NCBI GenBank assembly: GCA_016935525.1
Contig: JAFGQU010000007.1
Coordinates: forward strand, 9,057-73,056
DNA: 64,000 nt
Direction: 5' to 3'
Origin: Candidatus Omnitrophota bacterium
GTDB taxonomy: Bacteria; Omnitrophota; Gorgyraeia; Duberdicusellales; 4484-171
Below, piece by piece: positions 9,286-18,435 of the stretch (position 1 is its first letter; each line of letters begins with the position of its first letter). The translations under genes were made by a program, and so were the position numbers. The notes under the pieces were generated by a model, which saw only the letters and a program-made list of their open reading frames with translations, ran no database searches and was not told the origin of the DNA.

Positions 9286-9394
9286 GCGAAATATACTCAC
9301 TACGTTCGTGAAATACAATTGTATTTCGTGAGCGGGAGCGAACGTATTTCGCCCGTCAGGGCATATTTCGTGTAGAGGAGCGAAACGTATTTCG
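9286..9394. promoter_or_regulatory. operator-like cluster: perfect 18-bp palindrome GAAATACAATTGTATTTC (9310-9327) plus about 5 GTATTTCG/CGAAATA half-sites
   Basis: read directly from sequence upstream of gpmA. Confidence 0.5.
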
Positions 9395-9416
9395 ATAAAA
9401 TCAATAGGAGGTCAAG

Positions 9417-10163
9417 ATGTATAAAGTAGTGTTATTACGTCATGGGGAGAGCGTTTGGAATAAAGAGAACCGGTTTACCGGCTGGACTGATGTAGACCTT
9501 TCCGAAAAAGGAGTAACGGAAGCCCATGAAGCCGGGAAATTGCTTAAAAAAGAAGGATATACTTTTGATATCGCTTTTACTTCAGTATTGAAACGGGCGA
9601 TCCGTACGCTTTGGATAGCTCAGGATGAGATGGATCTGATGTGGATCCCGGTATACCGATCCTGGCGTTTGAACGAACGTCATTACGGAGCGTTACAGGG
9701 ATTGAATAAGTCCGAGACGGCCGCCAAGTACGGCGACGATCAGGTCCTGATCTGGCGGCGCAGTTACGATACTCCGCCTCCGGTATTGGAAAAAGATGAC
9801 CGTCGTTATCCCGGCAGTGACCCGAGGTACCGTGACCTTACCGAAAAAGAACTGCCGCTTACCGAATGTCTTAAAGATACTGTCGCGCGGTTTTTGCCTT
9901 ATTGGCACGATACTATCGCTCCGACGATTACCACGGGGAAAAAAGTGATCATTGCCGCTCACGGAAACAGCCTGCGGGCTCTGGTAAAATATCTTGATGA
10001 GGTGAGTGATGAAGAAATCGTCAGTTTGAATATCCCTACCGGTATCCCGCTGGTGTATGAACTTGATGATACCCTTAAGCCGCTGAGGCACTATTATCTC
10101 GGTGATCAAGAGGCGATCGCCAAAGCAATGCAGTCGGTTGCCAATCAGGGGAAAGCGAAGTAA
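9417..10163 (+). CDS. gpmA: 2,3-bisphosphoglycerate-dependent phosphoglycerate mutase
   Basis: [18 protein letters not shown] histidine phosphatase motif. Confidence 0.9.
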   Translation: MYKVVLLRHGESVWNKENRFTGWTDVDLSEKGVTEAHEAGKLLKKEGYTFDIAFTSVLKRAIRTLWIAQDEMDLMWIPVYRSWRLNERHYGALQGLNKSETAAKYGDDQVLIWRRSYDTPPPVLEKDDRRYPGSDPRYRDLTEKELPLTECLKDTVARFLPYWHDTIAPTITTGKKVIIAAHGNSLRALVKYLDEVSDEEIVSLNIPTGIPLVYELDDTLKPLRHYYLGDQEAIAKAMQSVANQGKAK

Positions 10164-10218
10164 TGATCGTAACGCGAAACCTGCCCCCCTCTCTACGGCG
10201 TTCGGGAGTCAGCCTGCC

Positions 10219-10257
10219 CCACGCGGTGCGGGGCTGACAGGCAGGCGGAGCGCAAAC
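10219..10257. repeat. family B structured repeat copy 2
   Basis: 37/39 identity with 529-567. Confidence 0.6.
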
Positions 10258-10314
10258 CGCGTCATGCGTACAAAAAAAAGAGCGAAAAAGAGATGATCTT
10301 TTAAAAGAGGGAAA

Positions 10315-10362
10315 AAAACAAAAAAAAGGCGATGTCCGGTTACGAACATCGCCTTTTTTATT
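10315..10362. terminator. bidirectional rho-independent terminator between convergent gpmA and the FtsZ-like gene
   Basis: A-run, stem AGGCGATGT/ACATCGCCT, then T-run. Confidence 0.7.
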
Positions 10363-10368
10363 CTCTCT

Positions 10369-11652
10369 CTATCCTTTTAATTCAGCTAATCTTTTTTCCG
10401 GAAGATTTAACCCGCCGATAATGGTATATACTCTCAGTGAATCACGGTCATCTTCGTACACGCCGCGGTGAATAGTCGCCTTGCCGGTGATTTCCGATAA
10501 CACATCAAACGCATAGTTGATTCGGTCCTGCAGGCCCGATACGTTGGCCATCAGTTTTTTCCCGCCCACGACGATACATCCGGCTACTTTCGCGGTCGAC
10601 AGATCGAACCCGCCGGCAAGTAATGTCTTTTCCAAATTGTTCTTTACGGCCCGGGAGATGGAATAGGTGTCGGTGATCTGTTTTACCTTGGTAATACCCA
10701 TGATCGCGCATCCGCCGGTTTCGATGATACTCTGGTAATCTACGGTGTCAAATGAAGTATATCGGCTTGATTGCGCGCTGAGTTTGTTGAATATATCAAA
10801 CAAACCGGAAACCGTACTGTTGATGGTCGGCCAGAACGATTTCACGGTAAGGCCCGGATACAATTTGTTGATCCTTTCGTTATCGATGATGATCAGCGGA
10901 GAAAGTTTTCCCGCCTCGGCAAGTTTACCGAGATCGTTTGCGATCTTATACGCGTTCTTGGCGACCAGAGGAGAACTGGCTTCCCCGATGGTCGGTAACG
11001 TCATGATCGCCCCTACGCTTTTGTCGGGATTGGCGATTCCATTGTGGCGGGCGTATTTCTTTGCCGTTTCGATCAGTTCCAGCACGCCTCCCGAACCGGT
11101 CCCGCCGCCGGCTCCGAAACATACCATGATATGTTTCACGCCGGACGCGAACAGTTTACGGATGGTGTGCAATATCTCCTGCTGATATTTTTGTGCCGCG
11201 TCTTTTCCACGAGCCATATCTTTTCCCGCGCCCATCTCGCCGATATCCATGAGGAACTTCTGGTTTTTAGGGATCTCTAAAAGATCGAGATCATGATGGG
11301 ACGTATTTACGGCAAGCACTTTACGGTAACCCAGATCATAAAAAGATTTGACCAGTCTTCCGCCGCATTGCCCGGCGCCGATCCAAGCAAATTGAGTCGA
11401 GCCTTGAGTAATATCGATAAGTCCGGCTTCTTCTTTTACCTGCGGTTCGTACTGTTCAAGATCGAGAGTAGGGATCGCGGCTTTTTTTGACGGTTTTTTT
11501 ACGGTTGTTTTTTTTGCCGGAGCTTTCTTTTTTGCTTTCGCTTTTACTTTTTTTACCGGTTTTTTCTTGGCAACTTTCTTCTTAGCGGTTTTCTTTGTCG
11601 CCTTTTTCTTGATAACCTTTTTCTTCGCGGCTTTGCGTTTTGTTTTCGCCAT
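10369..11652 (-). CDS. FtsZ/tubulin-superfamily GTPase with tubulin-type signatures and N-terminal Lys/Ala-rich tail
   Basis: AWIGAGQCGGR (T1 loop), GAGGGTGSGG (T4), IIDNERINKL and TSFDTVDYQSIIETGGCAIMG (T7-like) align to FtsZ; about 60 aa KKxAKK repeat tail at the N-terminus; GGAGG RBS. Confidence 0.8.
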   Translation of the reverse strand: MAKTKRKAAKKKVIKKKATKKTAKKKVAKKKPVKKVKAKAKKKAPAKKTTVKKPSKKAAIPTLDLEQYEPQVKEEAGLIDITQGSTQFAWIGAGQCGGRLVKSFYDLGYRKVLAVNTSHHDLDLLEIPKNQKFLMDIGEMGAGKDMARGKDAAQKYQQEILHTIRKLFASGVKHIMVCFGAGGGTGSGGVLELIETAKKYARHNGIANPDKSVGAIMTLPTIGEASSPLVAKNAYKIANDLGKLAEAGKLSPLIIIDNERINKLYPGLTVKSFWPTINSTVSGLFDIFNKLSAQSSRYTSFDTVDYQSIIETGGCAIMGITKVKQITDTYSISRAVKNNLEKTLLAGGFDLSTAKVAGCIVVGGKKLMANVSGLQDRINYAFDVLSEITGKATIHRGVYEDDRDSLRVYTIIGGLNLPEKRLAELKG

Positions 11653-11978
11653 CGATTGCCTCCTTTTTTTCTTCCTTCCTGTTAAAAGTGCTTATTTACT
11701 AATATAGAGTATTTTATATTTTTATAAGTTTCATTGTCAAGTTCTATTTTTGAACCCTCTGATTACGGGGATTCGGATACATTAAGGGCGGATTCAGAAA
11801 ATCACTGTGTTTTTTTTAAAATCGTTGCAATCAAATCCTTCCCCTCTGTACACGAGAGAGGGGGGAAGAACTCTATTTTCTCCCTTGGTGAACGGGCAAA
11901 TTTACGTATAATAGTAATATACATACCGGAACGACTGCGGTTTTAACGATTTTCTTATTACACAAAGGGAAACACGAT

Positions 11979-13553
11979 ATGAATACACTGCCTTTTAAAT
12001 CGGTCATCTTCGACTTAGACGGAGTCGTGACCCAGACCGCGCTGGTCCATTCCCGGGCCTGGAAAGAGATGTTTGATGGATATCTGCGGGCGCGCCAGGG
12101 CCGTGACGGCGGAGATTTCCGTGAGTTTACCGATCAGGATTATCTTACCTATGTCGACGGGAAACCCCGTTACGAAGGAGTAAAAAGTTTTCTTGAATCA
12201 CGTGATATACATATCCCTTACGGTGCCCCCAAAGATCCTCCCGATAAAGAGACGGTGTGCGGTCTGGGAAATAAAAAGAATGATACGTTTCGCCAGGTCC
12301 TGTCGCGGGAGAAACCGAAGATGTACCCTACTACCGTCGAGCTGATAAAAAAACTTAAAGAGCAGGGGATAAAAATAGGCGTCGCGTCTTCTTCGAAAAA
12401 TTGTCAATTCATCCTTCAGGCCGCCGGTATCGAAGAATTATTTGAAGCCCGGGTAGACGGAGTGGTATCGGTCGAATTAGGATTAAAAGGTAAACCCGAA
12501 GGAGATATTTTTGTCCGGGCTGCGGCTCACCTTGAGACCTTACCGGCAGAATCGGTAGTGGTCGAAGATGCCGAAAGCGGAATCGCCGCCGGAAGAAACG
12601 GCGGGTTTAGGCTTGTCATCGGGATCGCCCGGAACAATAATCAAAAAGAACTGCTTGAAAACGGCGCCGATGTAGTTGTCGACGATCTGGGGGGAATCGA
12701 TATCGAGTGGATCAAAAAATGGTTTATGCGTCCTGCCCGTCCGCTTCTCGGGAGCAGCACCGGGTTAGACCAGGAGATTCCTGATGTGACCGTGCATCCG
12801 GCCCATCTACGAAGCCCGAAAGGGTTTCCGTTCGGTAAAGAACCGGTATTTTTTCTCGATTATGACGGTACGCTTACTCCTATCGTGGAACGTCCGGAAC
12901 TCGCGGTGCTTACGGAGGAGATGCGCGGTATCGTGAAAAGACTTTCGCAAAAATATCAGACCGCGATCGTATCCGGCCGGATGAGAGAAGACGTGGAAAA
13001 ACTGGTCGCAATCGACGGCCTGTTCTATGCCGGCAGTCACGGGTTCGACATCAAAGGGCCTGACGTTTCACTGATCGAGCCTCAAGCCGAAAAGACGCTG
13101 GCGTTAGTCGCCGAGGTGATCAAAAAATTAAAAAAAGAATTAGGCTCAATCGAAAAATTGCTGGTGGAAGAGAAAAAATTCAGTGTCGCGGTACATTATC
13201 GTTGTGTCGACCCTAAAGACCATGCGAAGATCAAACCGGTTATCGATAATATCCTTGCCGGGGAGATCCGCCTGCGGGTGATGGAAGGGAAGATGGTATA
13301 CGAGATCTTACCGGCGATCGACTGGAATAAAGGGAAAGCTATCCGCTGGATAATGAATGCGCTTGGGCTTTCCTGGAATACTTCCCAGGTAGTATATATC
13401 GGGGATGACGTTACCGATGAAGATGCGTTTCGGGTCGTCGCCACGCGTGGGGTCCCGATTCTGGTACATGAAGAAGCCCGGCCGACTGCCGCGGATTTTT
13501 ATTTAAAAGATCCCGGTCAGGTACAGAAGTTTTTCGAAACACTGCTTACATAA
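11979..13553 (+). CDS. fusion of beta-phosphoglucomutase-like HAD domain and trehalose-6-phosphate phosphatase (OtsB-like) domain
   Basis: N-terminal FDLDGVVTQT HAD-IA motifs; C-terminal FFLDYDGTLTP and GDDVTDEDAF HAD-IIB motifs. Confidence 0.75.
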   Translation: MNTLPFKSVIFDLDGVVTQTALVHSRAWKEMFDGYLRARQGRDGGDFREFTDQDYLTYVDGKPRYEGVKSFLESRDIHIPYGAPKDPPDKETVCGLGNKKNDTFRQVLSREKPKMYPTTVELIKKLKEQGIKIGVASSSKNCQFILQAAGIEELFEARVDGVVSVELGLKGKPEGDIFVRAAAHLETLPAESVVVEDAESGIAAGRNGGFRLVIGIARNNNQKELLENGADVVVDDLGGIDIEWIKKWFMRPARPLLGSSTGLDQEIPDVTVHPAHLRSPKGFPFGKEPVFFLDYDGTLTPIVERPELAVLTEEMRGIVKRLSQKYQTAIVSGRMREDVEKLVAIDGLFYAGSHGFDIKGPDVSLIEPQAEKTLALVAEVIKKLKKELGSIEKLLVEEKKFSVAVHYRCVDPKDHAKIKPVIDNILAGEIRLRVMEGKMVYEILPAIDWNKGKAIRWIMNALGLSWNTSQVVYIGDDVTDEDAFRVVATRGVPILVHEEARPTAADFYLKDPGQVQKFFETLLT

Positions 13554-13565
13554 CAGAAGACGGCG

Positions 13566-16019
13566 ATGAAACAAGACGAACAAAAAATAAAAAAGGATAT
13601 GTCTTGGAAACTTGTGTATGACCGTTTTGACCCTCCGAGTGAGAGCCTGAGAGAGGCGTTATGCACGTTAGGGAACGGTTATTTTTCGACCCGCGGCGCT
13701 TTTTCGGCATCAAGCGCATCAAAGATCCATTATCCCGGGACCTATATGCACGGTCTTTATAACCGGTTAAGTACCCATGTTGCCGGAAAAACGATCGTGA
13801 ACGAGGACCTGGTGAATTGTCCCGACTGGTTGTTTCTTACTTTTAAAGTAGGTGAAGGCGAGTGGTTTTCTCTTTCGAAGAGCAAGATCCTTTCTTACCG
13901 GCAGGAATTGGATATGTACCGGGGGACTTTAAAGTGGAATATCCGTTTTAAAAACTGCGAGGGGCAAAAAACGTCTTTACAGATCCAGCGTATCGTCAGT
14001 ATGGATCATCCGCATATAGGAGCAATGCGGTACATTATTACTCCGGAGAATTATAGCGATACCGTTACTATCCGTCGTATGCTTGACGGCCGCGTGCAGA
14101 ATATGGGAGTAGAACGGTACCGGCAGCTTAACTCGAAACATTGGCGATTTTCTTCTTCGGGTACGTTCGGTTCTAACGGGATCTTTCTGGTGATGCGGAC
14201 GACCCAATCTCACATCTCGTTCGCCCAGGCGTCAAAGATCCGTATGTTTACCTATGATAATAAAGAGATCCGTCCGGGTATTAAACGGCTGATGCAGGGT
14301 AAAGAGCGGATCGGCCAGGAATTCAGCATTTTTGCCGCCGAGAACCATTCTTATTCGATCGAAAAGACGGTCGCTATCTATACCTCCCGGGATATGGATA
14401 AAAGACGGATTAAATCCGCGGCAATCGCTGCGGTAAAGAAAGCGGGCCGGTTTGACGAACTCCTGGATGCTCATTGTAACGTATGGGAAGGATTGTGGCA
14501 TAAAACCGATATCGATATCAAAGGTGATACGTGTGCTCAAAAAGCTCTCCGGTTTCATATCTTTCATCTTTTACAGACGGCTTCGCCTCATACGGCCGCG
14601 TTGGATGCCGGCCTTCCGGCCCGGGGTCTGCACGGAGAAGCCTATCGTGGGCATATCTTCTGGGATAGTCTGTTTACTATGCCGTTCTATGATTACCATT
14701 TTCCGGAAATTTCCCGGGGATTTTTGAAGTATCGGTACCGCCGGCTTCATAAAGCCCGTCAATATGCGTTAGAGCACGGGTATCGGGGAGCGATGTTTCC
14801 CTGGCAAAGCGGTTCTTCCGGACGAGAGGAGACTCAAATCGTCCATCTTAACCCGATGTCGGGAGAGTGGGGTCCGGATTATAGTTCCCGGCAACGGCAT
14901 GTGTCTTTTGCGATCGCGTACAATATATACCAATACTGGTTGAGAACGCAAGATGACGGATTTTTGAAAAAATATGGTGCGGAGATCATCTTATCGATCG
15001 CTCAGTTCTGCGCGAGTCTGGCTAAATTCGATCCTCTCGATAAACGGTACCATATTAAAGGGGTTATGGGGCCGGACGAATTTCATGAGAAATATCCCGG
15101 CGCAAAAAAAGGAGGATTAAAAGATAATGCCTATACCAATGTTATGGTGGTCGTTACGCTTTTATATGCCAGGGAGATCCTTGAATCGTTACCTCAGACC
15201 GTGCAGGAGAAACTCAGGCATAAATTAAAGATCGATCAGAAAGAACTCGCCCGGTGGGAAGATGTCACCCGCCGGATGAACATCGTGATGAACCGGGCCC
15301 ATATCATCAGCCAGTTCGACGGATATTTTTCTTTAAAGGAACTCGATTGGTCCGAGTACCGCGCCGAATACGGGGATATCCATCGTCTCGACAGGATCCT
15401 TAAAGCCGAAGGGAAATCCCCGGATGCATATAAACTGTCCAAACAGGCCGACGTGTTGATGATATTTTATCTTTTGTCTTATCACGAAGTGCAGGACCTG
15501 TTCAGCCGTTTAGGGTACCGTTTTGACACGGAAGATATATGTAAGAATTACACTTATTATGAAAAACGTACCTCTCACGGATCGACGTTAAGTAAAGTGA
15601 CTCATTGTTTTCTCGCCCACCTTTTAGGGAAAAAGAAAGAATATTATCAGATGTTTCTTGATGTATTGAATTCCGACCTTAACGATGTGCAGGGCGGCAC
15701 GACTCCCGAGGGGATCCATTGCGGAGTGATGGGCGGTTCGATCGACCTGGTGATGAGAGGGTTTGCGGGAGTATGGATACGCCAGGGGGCTCTTACCGTT
15801 TCCCCCCAACTTCCCGCCCATTGGAAAAAAGTCGCATTTAGATTATGTTATCGCCGGCGGTGGATCCATCTTACGGTGACCCGGGATACACTCAGGTTAT
15901 ATCTTGAGGCCGGCGATAACGAAGACGGAGTTGAAGTGGTTGTGAGAGACGAAAAATACATCCTTAAACCGCGACAGGAATATCTGATACAATATAAAAA
16001 GAAAAGAAAGAAAAAATGA
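13566..16019 (+). CDS. glycoside hydrolase family 65 disaccharide phosphorylase (trehalose, trehalose-6-P or kojibiose phosphorylase-like)
   Basis: 817 aa, GH65 architecture; directly follows the beta-PGM gene. Confidence 0.75.
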   Translation: MKQDEQKIKKDMSWKLVYDRFDPPSESLREALCTLGNGYFSTRGAFSASSASKIHYPGTYMHGLYNRLSTHVAGKTIVNEDLVNCPDWLFLTFKVGEGEWFSLSKSKILSYRQELDMYRGTLKWNIRFKNCEGQKTSLQIQRIVSMDHPHIGAMRYIITPENYSDTVTIRRMLDGRVQNMGVERYRQLNSKHWRFSSSGTFGSNGIFLVMRTTQSHISFAQASKIRMFTYDNKEIRPGIKRLMQGKERIGQEFSIFAAENHSYSIEKTVAIYTSRDMDKRRIKSAAIAAVKKAGRFDELLDAHCNVWEGLWHKTDIDIKGDTCAQKALRFHIFHLLQTASPHTAALDAGLPARGLHGEAYRGHIFWDSLFTMPFYDYHFPEISRGFLKYRYRRLHKARQYALEHGYRGAMFPWQSGSSGREETQIVHLNPMSGEWGPDYSSRQRHVSFAIAYNIYQYWLRTQDDGFLKKYGAEIILSIAQFCASLAKFDPLDKRYHIKGVMGPDEFHEKYPGAKKGGLKDNAYTNVMVVVTLLYAREILESLPQTVQEKLRHKLKIDQKELARWEDVTRRMNIVMNRAHIISQFDGYFSLKELDWSEYRAEYGDIHRLDRILKAEGKSPDAYKLSKQADVLMIFYLLSYHEVQDLFSRLGYRFDTEDICKNYTYYEKRTSHGSTLSKVTHCFLAHLLGKKKEYYQMFLDVLNSDLNDVQGGTTPEGIHCGVMGGSIDLVMRGFAGVWIRQGALTVSPQLPAHWKKVAFRLCYRRRWIHLTVTRDTLRLYLEAGDNEDGVEVVVRDEKYILKPRQEYLIQYKKKRKKK

Positions 16020-16906
16020 AGATAAAGTTACTGCGTGCGGCAATAGTCTTGGTCTTATTGTCCGTTATCTTCTGGATGGTGAAAGATACGCTTTGCGGAT
16101 TCATTTTGACGAGATTTGTGAACCGTACCACGGGGTTGGTGATGGATATCGAAAAAGTAAAAGTGAACCCGTTTAAAGGGTCTTTACGGCTTGAAGGGAT
16201 CAAGCTCTTGAACCCCCAAAACGCGCAAGATACTTTTGTCGCCGATATCCCGCTTATGTATCTTGATTGCGCGCTTGCCGATACGTTAAGAGGGGTCATC
16301 CATTTAGAAGAATTGGAACTTCAGGTGAAAGAAGTATGGGTAGTAAGAGAAAAAACCGGTAACACTACTTTTAAAGTATTCGATACCCTGGCATATGTGA
16401 CCACAGGAGGTAAAGGCCCGCAACCGTATCCTTTGGAGATACCGCTTAAACTTAAGATCGATTCGTTCGATTTTTCATTGAAAAAAGTCGTATATAAAGA
16501 TTACGGTAAAACCAAAGGGGCTCAGACAATTGAGGTCGGATTTGATTATTCTCAGCATCTTGAGAATATAGACAGCATCGAAGGTCTGCTCGCGCCGCTG
16601 GGGATACTGGCCTTTACCAATACGTTAAAAGATATGCCGGATATCAGTTTTAAAAATAAAACCTTACCGGATCGACCGGAAGATCAACCTCCGCTTGAGG
16701 AACCTTCCGGGCCTCAGGAGGGATCGGCATCGGATCCTGCAGCTTCCTCAAGCTTACCGCCCTCACCAGATCCGGTCACCAAAGGGGTCAAGAATGCCGG
16801 TAAAACTATTGCCGATCAGACCAAGAATTCCGTAGAGGGCGAGGTGAAAAGTTTTATCGACAGGACAATCCGTGACGGGATAAGAAGTGTCCTCCCGTTA
16901 CACTAA
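16016..16906 (+). CDS. hypothetical membrane-anchored protein with Pro/Ser-rich C-terminal region
   Basis: N-terminal TM helix; ATGA overlap with the GH65 stop. Confidence 0.5.
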   Translation: MKIKLLRAAIVLVLLSVIFWMVKDTLCGFILTRFVNRTTGLVMDIEKVKVNPFKGSLRLEGIKLLNPQNAQDTFVADIPLMYLDCALADTLRGVIHLEELELQVKEVWVVREKTGNTTFKVFDTLAYVTTGGKGPQPYPLEIPLKLKIDSFDFSLKKVVYKDYGKTKGAQTIEVGFDYSQHLENIDSIEGLLAPLGILAFTNTLKDMPDISFKNKTLPDRPEDQPPLEEPSGPQEGSASDPAASSSLPPSPDPVTKGVKNAGKTIADQTKNSVEGEVKSFIDRTIRDGIRSVLPLH

Positions 16907-16949
16907 TAAGTCGGCCGGAAAAACCGTTTTGAATCTTTTTCCCTGAACA

Positions 16950-17867
16950 ATGTTTGCACTTACCACTGCCTGGAATATTACCGCGACCAGCGATATTACC
17001 CAAAGCTTACAGCAGATAAAAGAGCTGGGGTTTGACTCGATCGAAGCCGGGTATAATCTGGCCGAACCTCAATTAGACCAGGTCGTTGCCGGGTGTGAAA
17101 AGTATCATCTTGACATAGTAAGTGTCCATAATTTCTGTCCGTTACCTCCCCCCCCGACCCATACACGCCATTATTGTGATTATTACCGTCTTTCTTCTTT
17201 GGATAACGAAGAACGGGCGGCTGCTGTCCGATCGACAAAAAAGACTATCGATACGGCAAAACGTATGAAAAGCCCACCGGTGATCATCCATGCCGGGATG
17301 GTCGAAATAGACCATCGTCAGGTCAAACAACTTTTAAGATTGTACCGTCACCGGGTGAGTCAACACGACGAGTATGACCGGCTTAAAAAGGTCATATTAG
17401 AGGAAAGAGCCAAAATCTGTAAGCGATACCTCGATACGTTCCGGGTTTCCTTAAAAGAGATCCTCGATTATGCCGCGGCGAATTCAATAACGATCGCTTT
17501 GGAAAATCGTTACTATCCCCAAGAGATACCCTCGCTTGATGAGTTTGTAGAATTGTTCGATGAATTTGCTCAAAGCCCTCTTAAATACTGGCATGATACC
17601 GGGCACGCGGTCGTCTCCGGCCGGATCGGTATCGTAGAGCCGGAAGAATATTTACGGCGGTTCTCGTCAAGGCTTGCCGGAATGCATTTACATGATGTGA
17701 AAGGGATCGATGACCATTGGGCTCCTTTCTCTCAAGAAGTAGATTTTTCTCAATGGGAACCGTATTTCAAAGATAACACTTTGCCGAAAATAATCGAATC
17801 CCATCCTCAGGCGACTGCCGATGAAGTACGGTTTGCACTTAAGAAATTGAGGGAAATGGAGAGGTAA
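16950..17867 (+). CDS. sugar phosphate isomerase/epimerase (xylose isomerase-like TIM barrel)
   Basis: family-level composition and length; no specific motif checked. Confidence 0.6.
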   Translation: MFALTTAWNITATSDITQSLQQIKELGFDSIEAGYNLAEPQLDQVVAGCEKYHLDIVSVHNFCPLPPPPTHTRHYCDYYRLSSLDNEERAAAVRSTKKTIDTAKRMKSPPVIIHAGMVEIDHRQVKQLLRLYRHRVSQHDEYDRLKKVILEERAKICKRYLDTFRVSLKEILDYAAANSITIALENRYYPQEIPSLDEFVELFDEFAQSPLKYWHDTGHAVVSGRIGIVEPEEYLRRFSSRLAGMHLHDVKGIDDHWAPFSQEVDFSQWEPYFKDNTLPKIIESHPQATADEVRFALKKLREMER

Positions 17868-17880
17868 TGCGTGCAGGGAA

Positions 17881-17920
17881 ATGAGCAATGTTCAATTAGC
17901 AATTAACATTTAGCAATGAG
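17881..17920. repeat. family D repeat (AGCAATGTTCAATTAGCAATTAwCATTTAGCAATGA) copy 1
   Basis: near-identical 40-nt core at 28531-28568. Confidence 0.6.
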
Positions 17921-18053
17921 AAGATCAATAAAAAGGATAATCTCTGATTTAAAGTAATAAATGCTAAATTTGTATTGCTCTGTATTATTCAGAGGATGAG
18001 TTAACTCCCGTGAGTCTTACGACAACGGGGGTAGGCAAAATGGATGTATTCTA

Positions 18054-18284
18054 ACCACAGAGGACACCGAGAACACTGAGGAGAGATGAGGGTTTTAAAT
18101 CTAAAGATATTTGGTTCCTGCCCATCGATACTCGATGGGTGTCTTTGCAAAAACCGCAAAAAACCGGAAAATCGAATTTTCCGGTTTCAGACGTTTTTGC
18201 AAGACACCGCGCTTTTAATTTATTAAAAGCGCGAAACCAAATACTCTGTCTATTATCTCTGTGTAACTCTGTGAGCTCTGTGGT
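18054..18284. mobile_element. 231-bp MITE-like element or structured RNA with conserved inverted termini (copy 1)
   Basis: termini ACCACAGAGGACACCGAGA ... TCTCTGTGTAACTCTGTGAGCTCTGTGGT are inverted repeats; second 231-bp copy at 32693-32923. Confidence 0.5.
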
Positions 18285-18343
18285 GAAGATTCCCTTGATG
18301 TGAATGCATCTTCCGAACCATATAATTGAACATTGAGATGGAA

Positions 18344-18368
18344 CGTGTGACCATGTGACTTTGTGACC
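18344..18368. repeat. family A half-element (3 TGTGAC octamers)
   Basis: GTGTGACCATGTGACTTTGTGACC. Confidence 0.5.
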
Positions 18369-18435
18369 TGCCGAAAGCATACGTATCTCGACATGTGTTG
18401 TATTAGATACGGTTTTTTGAGATAATACCTAATAT

